This document shows positions 30,029 through 37,690 of a stretch of 64,000 nucleotides of DNA, one piece after another (position 1 is the stretch's first letter; the number at the start of each line of letters is the position of its first letter). Both the position numbers and the translations under genes were made by a program. The notes beneath the pieces are model-generated. The model saw only the letters and a list, made by a program, of their open reading frames with translations. It was not told the origin of the DNA and made no database searches. This DNA is from Armatimonadota bacterium (GTDB taxonomy: Bacteria > Armatimonadota > SYMT01), in the NCBI GenBank assembly GCA_046292385.1, contig JBKBRF010000011.1, positions 49,896 through 113,895 on the forward strand. Direction: 5' to 3'.

Positions 30029-30224
30029 GGATCCGGCCGCGCGGCCGGGTCATACTGCCCTTAGTTCTCCTTCAGACGAAGGAGCCCCTCCTCACGCGCG
30101 GCTCCGCGGAGGCTTCCTGCGCCGGGGCGGCGAACCGTAACCCATCCGAAAGCGATATCCCCGTATCGGACCCGGGCTCCTCCCCGTTTGGTAACGCGGA
30201 GGGCGCTCCAGCGGCGCTGCGTGC

Positions 30225-30935
30225 ATGTCTTTCGAACAGCTCTTCGCGTGGTGGAACGCGGTCTACAGTGTCCCGCTCATCGTCGTCCTCACCGTGGCGA
30301 CGGTGACGGCGCTGGTGAGTCTCATCGGCGGCGGCTTTGGGGACGCGACCGACGCGGTGGATGCCGACGCCGACGCGGACCTCGACGTCGACGCGGACCT
30401 GGATGCCGACGCGGGGCTCGACGCGCACGGGGATCACGGGCACGGCCATCCCCATACCTCTGACGCTGGTCTACTGCTGCCGGTTCTGGCGGCGATCGGC
30501 GTGGGCCGCGCGCCGCTGATGTTGGTGCTGCAGGTCTTCTGCCTTCTGTGGGGACTGGTAGGGCTTACCCTGCACAGCGCCGCGCCGCAGGCGGGAGCGG
30601 GCGCGCTGCTCTGGTCGCTGCCGATCAGCCTGGTCGCGGCGGCGGTCGGGACCCGGCTTTTCTCGGGGCTGGTCGCCCGCGTGATGCCGCAGTCGGAGAG
30701 CTCGGTCGTGAAGCGCGACCAGCTCGTGGGCCGGATCGGCAAGGTGGTCTACCCGGTGTCGCTGGAAGAGGGCACGATTAACGTCCGCGACGCGCACGGC
30801 ACGCTGCACCGGGTGCGGGCCCGGACCCAGCAGGGACGGCTCGACAGCGGCGAGGAGGTGATTATCCTCGGCTTCGATCCGCAGCGCAACCTGTACGAAG
30901 TGGACGACTCCCGCGAGTTCATCCACCGAGACTGA
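30225..30935 (+). CDS. NfeD-like (YuaF/YqiJ-type) membrane protein with a C-terminal OB-fold, partner of the downstream flotillin
   Basis: TM segments plus a C-terminal 'GRIGKVVYPVS...GTINVRDAHGTLHRVRA' OB-like domain. Carries a DADADADLDVDADLDADAGLDAHGDHGHGHPH insert. Confidence 0.6.
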   Translation: MSFEQLFAWWNAVYSVPLIVVLTVATVTALVSLIGGGFGDATDAVDADADADLDVDADLDADAGLDAHGDHGHGHPHTSDAGLLLPVLAAIGVGRAPLMLVLQVFCLLWGLVGLTLHSAAPQAGAGALLWSLPISLVAAAVGTRLFSGLVARVMPQSESSVVKRDQLVGRIGKVVYPVSLEEGTINVRDAHGTLHRVRARTQQGRLDSGEEVIILGFDPQRNLYEVDDSREFIHRD

Positions 30936-31081
30936 TTCGGTCCGGACCGTATCGTCCGGGCCGGCTCAACGTTCAATAACCGGCACTCGACGAGCAATGC
31001 GCGAAAGGCTACGCGTGAGAGCGGACCGCCCCGGCGGCGGTCTTCACCCGTCGAGGAGAGCCTGGAGGGAGGGTTTCTAGA

Positions 31082-32920
31082 ATGGTAGCCGGACTCTTAC
31101 TGATCCTGATCGGGACAATCACCATCATCGTGGGCGCTACCCTTCCCACGCTGGTGCCGGGCACGCCCCTGATGAACGGCATCGCCGTCAGCGTTATCGG
31201 CCTGGTGCTCTTCCTTCTCGGTCTCGGCCTCACCTGGCTCAAGCTCTACCGGAAGACCTCCGCGAACCAGGCGCTGGTGCGGACCGGCCGCGGGAAGGCG
31301 CACGTGGTGATCGACGGCGGCATCGCCGTGATCCCAGTGGTCCACGAAGTGGTGCCGGTCTCGCTGGAGACGATGAAGCTGGAGGTCGAGCGGATGGGCC
31401 AGGACGCGCTCATCACGCAGGACAACCTCCGCGTCGACGTGAAGGCGGAGTTCTACATCCGCGTCAATCCGAGCGAAGAGGACATCCTCCAGGCGGCGCG
31501 CTCGCTCGGCACGAAGTCGATCGACGCCCGCGCGGTCGGCGGCCTCGTCTTCGAGAAGCTGGTCTCGGCGCTCCGCTCGGTGGCGGCGCAGAAAGACCTC
31601 GCCAACATTCACAGCGACCGGAAGACGTTCGCCAGCGCGGTGCAGGAGCTGGTGGCGGAAGAGCTGCAGCAGAACGGTCTGCTGCTGGAGACGGTCACGA
31701 TCTCCCGCCTCGACCAGACCGATCCGCACGGGCTCTCCGATGAGAACATCTTCGACGCCCAGGGCAAAAAGAAGATCACGGAGATCACCGCGGCGGCCCG
31801 CGTGGAGCGGAACCGGCTGGAAAAGATCGCCGAGCAGTCGATCACCGAGCAGAACGTGCGCACCACGGAGCAGGTGCTCGGTCTGGAGCGGCAGCGGGCG
31901 GAGGCGCAGGCGACCCAGGAGCGCGACGTCGCGAACATCCACGCCGAGCGCGCCCGGGAGAAGCAGGCGTTCTCCGTGGAGCAGGAGCGGGCCGTCCGCG
32001 AAGCGGAGATCGCCCGCGACCTCGCCATCGAGACCGCGAACATCGAGCGGGACCGCACCCTGATCCGGCGCCAGCAGGAGCGGGAGCAGACCGACATCGA
32101 GCGCATCAAGGCGGTCGAGCTGGCGGAGCGCCAGAAGCAGATCGCGATCGCCGAGCAGGAAGCGCTCCGCGCGCAGGCGGAGAAGAGCGCGCTCGAGGCG
32201 AGCGCCGAGCGGGAGCGGGCGAGCCAGGACGTCGTCACCGTCCAGGCGACGGCCCAGGCCGAGCGCGAGGCGCAGACCAAGCTGATCGCCGCCAAGCAGG
32301 TGATCGAGCAGGACAAGATCAAGCGCCAGACCGACGCCGAGGTGGCGGCCTTTGCGGAGATCCGCAAGGCGGAAGCCGCGATGAAGGCGGCGGAGCTGGA
32401 AGCGCAGGCGAAGCTCCGGCTGGCCCAGGCGGAGGCCCAGGCGAAAGAGCTGATCGCCCAGGGCGACCGGGCACAGCGGATGGTGGAGGTCGACGTCGAG
32501 CGTGAGCGGGTCAACGTAGAGAAGGCGCGGGTCGACGTGGAGCGGCAGGCGCTGGAGAACCGCCAGACCTTCGAGCGGGCGGCCCTCGACTTCGAGACGA
32601 ACAAGCTGCGCATCGAGGCGGAGAAGCAGGTCCAGATGGCGCTGGCCCAGGCGCTGGGACAGTTCATGTCGAAGGGCAACTTCAACGTCTACGGCGACCC
32701 GACCACGATGTCGCAGATGTTCAACCAGTACGCGCAGGGGATGGGCTTCAGCCACAAGGTCGACGGCCTGCTGAAGAACCTGCCCGGGCCGGTAACGGAT
32801 ATGCTCCAGGGCATGGGTCCGCAGGCCGCGCAGGCGCTGGAGGAGTTCATGCGAGGCCGCGACGGCAACGGCAAGCTCAAGCCGGCCGATACCCCCGCTG
32901 CAGAGGCGGAGACCGCGTGA
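31082..32920 (+). CDS. flotillin / SPFH (band 7) family protein, YqiK/FloA-like
   Basis: N-terminal TM segment plus an SPFH domain ('ALVRTGRGKAHVVIDGGIAVIPVVHEV'), then a long E/A/R-rich coiled coil. Confidence 0.85.
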   Translation: MVAGLLLILIGTITIIVGATLPTLVPGTPLMNGIAVSVIGLVLFLLGLGLTWLKLYRKTSANQALVRTGRGKAHVVIDGGIAVIPVVHEVVPVSLETMKLEVERMGQDALITQDNLRVDVKAEFYIRVNPSEEDILQAARSLGTKSIDARAVGGLVFEKLVSALRSVAAQKDLANIHSDRKTFASAVQELVAEELQQNGLLLETVTISRLDQTDPHGLSDENIFDAQGKKKITEITAAARVERNRLEKIAEQSITEQNVRTTEQVLGLERQRAEAQATQERDVANIHAERAREKQAFSVEQERAVREAEIARDLAIETANIERDRTLIRRQQEREQTDIERIKAVELAERQKQIAIAEQEALRAQAEKSALEASAERERASQDVVTVQATAQAEREAQTKLIAAKQVIEQDKIKRQTDAEVAAFAEIRKAEAAMKAAELEAQAKLRLAQAEAQAKELIAQGDRAQRMVEVDVERERVNVEKARVDVERQALENRQTFERAALDFETNKLRIEAEKQVQMALAQALGQFMSKGNFNVYGDPTTMSQMFNQYAQGMGFSHKVDGLLKNLPGPVTDMLQGMGPQAAQALEEFMRGRDGNGKLKPADTPAAEAETA

Positions 32921-32926
32921 CCTCCC

Positions 32927-33007
32927 GTTAGCAGGTTGCAGGTTGGCAAGTTTCAGGTTAGCCCGCCGTGAACGGGGTTCGGAACCTGGAACTTGCAACC
33001 TGCTAAC
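32927..33007. repeat. repeat family A copy 1: hairpin element GTTAGCAGGTTGCAGGTTGGCAAGTTTCAGGTTAGCC-(loop with GGGTTCGGAACC)-...CTTGCAACCTGCTAAC
   Basis: Imperfect inverted repeat of CAGGTTG-type heptads, starting 7 nt after the flotillin stop. Confidence 0.65.
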
Positions 33008-33045
33008 GGCCCTCCAACAGTGACAGCAACCGCCGGGGAAAAGCC

Positions 33046-33543
33046 ATGGTCGACGCGGAAAAACAGGAGCTTCAGATCGGCGCAATGCCGTTCACCGAGG
33101 AGGCGGACGCGGCGCTCCAGGCGATGCAGGCGTGGAAGAACCGGCTGCTCGACTTCGCAGTCGACAACCCGACCGAAGCGCTGCTGGCGGTGCTGACCGG
33201 CGGGGCGATGGTTTTCTACCTGGCGGAGCGGGGCGCGAACGAGCGGGTGCAGTCGTACGCGGACGCGCTCCACTACATCGCCACCTGCTTCTCCGTCGGC
33301 TACGCCAACCTCTTCCCGCAAACGACCATCGGGAAGGTGGTCGCCGCCACCGTCATGTCGATCGGTCCCTCCCTCGCGTCCTGGCAGCTCGAAGGGCGGC
33401 TCGTCCGCCGCGCCGCCGACGCAGCGGATGCCGCCTCGCCCCCGGTGCGCCCCGACTTCGCCCCGGTGGTCGACAAGCTGGACGCGATCCTGCAGGAGCT
33501 GCAGGCCCAGAACCGCACCGCACCGGAAGCCCCCGCGAAGTAA
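33046..33543 (+). CDS. two-TM ion-channel-like protein (K+-channel pore-domain fold, degenerate filter 'SVGYAN')
   Basis: 'ALLAVLTGGAMVFYLAE...YADALHYIATCFSVGYANLFPQTTIGKVVAATVMSIG' resembles an Ion_trans_2 pore helix and filter, but lacks the canonical GYGD. Confidence 0.45.
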   Translation: MVDAEKQELQIGAMPFTEEADAALQAMQAWKNRLLDFAVDNPTEALLAVLTGGAMVFYLAERGANERVQSYADALHYIATCFSVGYANLFPQTTIGKVVAATVMSIGPSLASWQLEGRLVRRAADAADAASPPVRPDFAPVVDKLDAILQELQAQNRTAPEAPAK

Positions 33544-33624
33544 GGCGGGGGCCTCCCGGGGAGGAACTTGCCCCGTCCGTCCCACAAGTCTGCTCTGCAG
33601 CGAGGGAGCGAGACGGGACACGGC

Positions 33625-35148
33625 ATGGGATTTCAGATCGGGGTGGGGCTGGTCATTATCGCGGCGGCGGTCTTCGCCGTGCTGCGGCGGGTCGACGTGC
33701 GGCTCGCGCTGCTCCTCGCCGCGCTGGCCCTGGGCACCCTGGCGGGCGATCCCGCCGCCATCGTCCAGAAGTTCTTCGCCACCTTCACCTCGCCGGACTA
33801 CGTGATCCCGCTCGGCTGCGCGATGGGGTTCGCCTACGTGCTCCGGCACACGGAGTGCGATCAGCACCTGGTGCACCTGCTCACCGATCCACTCCGAAAG
33901 GCCCGGATCTTTCTGATCCCCGGGGCGGTGCTCGTCGGATTCATCGTCAACATCCCGATCATCAGCCAGACCAGCTCCGCCGTTGCCATCGGCTCGGTGC
34001 TGATCCCGCTGCTGCTGGCGGCCAAGGTCTCCCGCGTCACGGCCGGCGCGGCGCTGCTGCTCGGCGTCTCCATCGGCGGCGAGCTCTTCAACCAGGGCGC
34101 ACCGGAATACCGCAGCGTCATTGCCGGCACGGCGGCGGTGGGGCTCCCCCGCCCCACGGAGGCTGCGCTCATCCAGCAGATGCTCCCGCTCAACCTGCTC
34201 AACCTGGCGGTGGCCACCTCCGTCTTCTGGTTCCTGAGCCTGCGGGCGGAGAAGAAGCACGCGGCGGAGCGGGAGTTCGCCGAGAGGCGGGAAGAGGCCG
34301 ATCCCGCGCGGGCGCTCTTCAAGGTGAGCCTGTTCAAGGCCGCGGTCCCGCTGATCCCGCTGGCGCTCCTCTTCATCCTCGGCGAGCCGCTGCGACTGCT
34401 GTCGATCCCCCACGAGTGGCTCGTAGGCAGTAAGGAGGCGCCGGCCCTGCTCCAGAAGGCGGCCGACTTCCTGGAGCAGCCGTCCGCCCGCGGTGCGATC
34501 GGGGCGGCGTTCAGCGCGCGGCTCATCGGGGCCGCCATGCTGATCGGCGCGATCGTCGCGGCGCTCACCGATTTCAAGAAGGCGGGCGGCGTGGCGGGCG
34601 CCTTCTTCGAGGGTGCCGGCTACGCGCTCGCCCACGTTGTCTCGATCATCGTCGCCGCCGCCTGCTTCGGGGAAGGGGTCCGCCTGATCGGACTGGACAA
34701 GCCGATCGGTCACCTGATCGACTACGTTCCCGGCCTCCTGCAGCCGGCGGCCGGCTTCCTCACCCTCGCCTTCGGTGCGGTCTCCGGCTCCGGCATCGCC
34801 GCCACGCAGAGCCTCTTCGGGTTCTTCGCCGCGCCCGCCCTGCAGGTCGGCGTCGCCCCGGAGCACGTCGGCGCCATCGTCTCGATCGGCGCTGCGGCGG
34901 GGCGGACCATGTCCCCGGTCGCGGCGGTCACGCTGATGTCCGCCTCTCTCACGGAGACCGACCCGCTCGAGCTGGTGAAGCGCGTAGCGCCGCCGCTGCT
35001 GATCGGGGTCACCACCGTGGTGATCGCCGGGATGCTGATGGTGGCGTTCGGCCACCGCCGCCTGCCGGACAACGTGCCGACGGATCCGCCCGTAAAGGTG
35101 GGGCGGGTGGTGAATGACGGCGCGAGGACGGCCCCTTTGAGTCCGTGA
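33625..35148 (+). CDS. C4-dicarboxylate transporter, DcuC family
   Basis: Polytopic. 'GFIVNIPIISQTSSAVAIGSVLIPLLLAA' and overall DcuC-like topology. Confidence 0.65.
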   Translation: MGFQIGVGLVIIAAAVFAVLRRVDVRLALLLAALALGTLAGDPAAIVQKFFATFTSPDYVIPLGCAMGFAYVLRHTECDQHLVHLLTDPLRKARIFLIPGAVLVGFIVNIPIISQTSSAVAIGSVLIPLLLAAKVSRVTAGAALLLGVSIGGELFNQGAPEYRSVIAGTAAVGLPRPTEAALIQQMLPLNLLNLAVATSVFWFLSLRAEKKHAAEREFAERREEADPARALFKVSLFKAAVPLIPLALLFILGEPLRLLSIPHEWLVGSKEAPALLQKAADFLEQPSARGAIGAAFSARLIGAAMLIGAIVAALTDFKKAGGVAGAFFEGAGYALAHVVSIIVAAACFGEGVRLIGLDKPIGHLIDYVPGLLQPAAGFLTLAFGAVSGSGIAATQSLFGFFAAPALQVGVAPEHVGAIVSIGAAAGRTMSPVAAVTLMSASLTETDPLELVKRVAPPLLIGVTTVVIAGMLMVAFGHRRLPDNVPTDPPVKVGRVVNDGARTAPLSP

Positions 35149-35455
35149 GACTGCCGGGCGGTTGAAACCGCAGCAACCACGGCACGAAGTTTTATCCCCC
35201 GAACGGGGGACCGCCTCCGCGGACTAAGAAGGCCCGGTTCGGGCGTCCGGAGGACGCGTGGCCGCAGGCCGTCCAGCGAGGTATTTCAATGCCTCGCGGC
35301 TCCGCGGGCGACGCGCCGCAGCCCCCGATCGATGGCTTCCCGCCACGAGGGCTCGCTTCGAACCGCACAGCCGCGCCACGCAAGCCCAAATCAACCAGCC
35401 GGGCCGAGGAGTCTCCTCCCCGGCCCGGCTGGTGCTCTCCGAAGCTTGCCGCGAC

Positions 35456-36523
35456 CTACGTAGGCCGGCGCATCATCTGGCGCAGCTCGGTGGAGTTGCC
35501 GGCGTAGACCAGCGCGTCTTCCTCGCTGATGAGCCCGGCGCGCCAGTAGCGCAGCAGGCACTGGTTCATCGTCTGCATGCCCCAGTACTCGCCGTCGCGG
35601 ATGTGCTCGTAGATCATCCCGAAGCGGCCTTCTTCCACCAGCTTCGCGACGGTGGGGGTGTTGATCATCACTTCCACGCCCGGCACGCGGCCGGAGCCGT
35701 CGCCGCGCGGGACCAGCTTCTGGGAGACGACGCCCCGCAGCGAGTTGGACATACGCATACAGATCTGCGCCTTCTCGTGCGGCGGGAACATGTTGATGAT
35801 GCGGTCCATCGTCTCGTAGGCGCTCGGGGTGTGCACCGTGGAGAAGACGAGGTGGCCGGTCTCCGCCGCCTGGAGGCAGATGGAGAAGGTCTCCACGTCG
35901 CGCATTTCACCGATGAGGATCACGTCCGGAGCCTGGCGGAGCACGTACTTCATGCCGGCCTGGAAGCTCTCGGTGTCGATGTTCACCTCGCGCTGGTTGA
36001 CGATCCCCATCTTGTCCTGGTGGACGAACTCGATCGGGTCCTCGATGGTGACGATGTTCTTCGGCTGGTTCTCGTTGATCTGGTTCAGCATCGCCGCCAG
36101 GGTGGTCGACTTGCCGGAGCCGGTCGGCCCGGTCACCAGCACCAGCCCCTGCTTCTGCTTGGGGAGCTCCTTCAGCACCGGCGGCACACCCAGCTCGTCC
36201 AGGTGCGGCATGGTGAGCGGGATGAGCCGGAGACACATCCCCACGGAGCCCTTCTGCTGGTAGACGTTGCAGCGGAAGCGGGAGAACGGGCGGCTAAAGC
36301 CGAGGTCCATCTCGCGGCGCTGCTCGTACCGCTGGATCTGCTGCGGCGTCATCAGCCCGTAGGCAAGCTGGCGGATGTCGTCGCCGCTCTGCACGGGATA
36401 ATCGGAGCGGGTGATCTTGCCGTGGAGGCGGTAGATCGGGGGAGCGTTCTCTTTGAAGAAGACGTCCGAGGCCCGGAGCTCGTGGGCCTTAAGAAGCACA
36501 TCGTCCAGACTAATTGAAGGCAT
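35456..36523 (-). CDS. pilT: type IV pilus retraction ATPase PilT
   Basis: 'SDVFFKENAPPIYRLHGKI', Walker A 'VTGPTGSGKSTTLAAM', and 'AAETGHLVFSTVHT'. Confidence 0.9.
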   Translation of the reverse strand: MPSISLDDVLLKAHELRASDVFFKENAPPIYRLHGKITRSDYPVQSGDDIRQLAYGLMTPQQIQRYEQRREMDLGFSRPFSRFRCNVYQQKGSVGMCLRLIPLTMPHLDELGVPPVLKELPKQKQGLVLVTGPTGSGKSTTLAAMLNQINENQPKNIVTIEDPIEFVHQDKMGIVNQREVNIDTESFQAGMKYVLRQAPDVILIGEMRDVETFSICLQAAETGHLVFSTVHTPSAYETMDRIINMFPPHEKAQICMRMSNSLRGVVSQKLVPRGDGSGRVPGVEVMINTPTVAKLVEEGRFGMIYEHIRDGEYWGMQTMNQCLLRYWRAGLISEEDALVYAGNSTELRQMMRRPT

Positions 36524-37303
36524 TTACCGCGGTTCCTCCCCAGACGACTTCCGGCGCTGGGCCAGCAGCACGCTAACGATCAAGACTACACTGACGCCCA
36601 CGACAAGCAGGATAGCGACCACGGCGGCGATCAGTCGCCAGCTCGGGCCGGATTGGCTCTGGGAAACACTGGGCACGCTGTCGGGAACGCCGCGGCTCTG
36701 ATCAATCCAGACCTCGAAGGAAACGGAGTTGTTCCCTACCCGCTGCGAACGCACCTGGAGCGGCGGCTCGGAGAAGCTCGGCGGCGGCTGCTGCATGGGG
36801 AAGCTCCCCATGAACATGAACGTCGCGCTGAAGTGACCGTACCGCCGGTAGGTTTGGATCAGGGGGTCGAGGTTGATGGCGCCCGACTGCCAGTTTGCCA
36901 GTCCGGTCATATTCGCCGAGCCGGTGGCAATCACCTCGTTCCGGCCCGGCAGCTTCTCCCGCTCCACCCGCACCTCCGCTGCCTGGGTGCCGAGGGCGGC
37001 GGCAAGCTGTTGCAGGTCCTGCCGGATCTGCGGGTCCTTGATCGACTCCGGGTACGCCACGGCGACCGAGTCCGGACCGCCGGGAATGGAGAAGACGACG
37101 ACGGAGATCTCGAACGCGTTGGGATTGACCCGTGTCTCCGCGGCGGGGGCGGGAGCGTTGGCGCCCGGCTGCTGGGCGGACGCGGCGAGTGGGAGTGCCG
37201 CCAGGCCAACCGCGCAGAGGGGAAGAAGCCAGGAGCGGACCCTTCGGGCCCGGCTGGCTCCCCGGGAGTGAGACCGCGCTCCAGGCCAGAAGGAGAGGGG
37301 CAT
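36524..37303 (-). CDS. hypothetical protein with a signal peptide and a C-terminal TM anchor, immediately upstream of pilT
   Basis: Abuts the pilT start. No family recognised. Confidence 0.4.
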   Translation of the reverse strand: MPLSFWPGARSHSRGASRARRVRSWLLPLCAVGLAALPLAASAQQPGANAPAPAAETRVNPNAFEISVVVFSIPGGPDSVAVAYPESIKDPQIRQDLQQLAAALGTQAAEVRVEREKLPGRNEVIATGSANMTGLANWQSGAINLDPLIQTYRRYGHFSATFMFMGSFPMQQPPPSFSEPPLQVRSQRVGNNSVSFEVWIDQSRGVPDSVPSVSQSQSGPSWRLIAAVVAILLVVGVSVVLIVSVLLAQRRKSSGEEPR

Positions 37304-37395
37304 AGAAAAACCCAGTCACCGGCCGTTTCAGAAGAGGAGCCGATGCCTGCTGGCACAGGCTCCACGAACACACAGCCGGCCCTGGGTGATGGAAG

Positions 37396-37468
37396 TGGAG
37401 CAGAGGGGACTCGAACCCCTGACCCTCACGCTGCCAGCGTGATGCTCTCCCAGCTGAGCTACTGCCCC
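37396..37468 (-). tRNA. tRNA-Ala (anticodon GGC)
   Basis: Reverse complement GGGGCAGTAGCTCAGCTGGGAGAGCATCACGCTGGCAGCGTGAGGGTCAGGGGTTCGAGTCCCCTCTGCTCCA. G3:U70 identity pair present. Anticodon loop is CTGGCAG. Confidence 0.9.
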
Positions 37469-37538
37469 GGAACCGAACAACGCGGCGATTATAGCAGCGG
37501 CCGGTTGCCGCGTCAAGACGCCGATCTAGCCTGGAAAA

Positions 37539-37637
37539 TGGCGGGGATGTGTGGGAATCGAACCCACCCAAGACAGGATCAACTGCCTCGAACAAGGTTT
37601 TGAAGACCCGCCGAGCCACCAGGCCCGATCCACCCCC
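37539..37637 (-). tRNA. selC: candidate tRNA-Sec (anticodon UCA), 99 nt with encoded CCA
   Basis: Reverse complement GGGGGTGG-AT-CGGGCC-TGGT-GGCTCG-GCGGGT-CTTCAAA-ACCTTG-(25-nt variable arm GGCAG/CTGTC)-GTGGGTTCGATTCCCAC-ACATCCCC-G-CCA. Acceptor pairs 1-7 form (one G:U, 8th pair G/A mismatch), with a Sec-like 6-bp D-stem and 4-nt D-loop, discriminator G, and a perfect T-arm. Only 4 anticodon-stem pairs form cleanly. Adjacent to selD and selA. Confidence 0.55.
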
Positions 37638-37690
37638 TCGTTCCGCGCGGCGCGGCAGCGAGCTGCCGTCCCGCACGGCATATCTTACCA

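Noticed and set aside
31097-35055. Minus-strand ORFs of 662 and 700 aa
   Set aside because: Antisense to the flotillin, channel and DcuC genes. Low-complexity R/G/A/P composition.
37539-37637. Alternative reading of the long tRNA as tRNA-Leu(CAA) (loop TTCAAAA) or tRNA-Ser
   Set aside because: Shifting the loop by one breaks the closing base pair (C/C). The 6-bp/4-nt D-arm, discriminator G and loop CUUCAAA fit Sec better.
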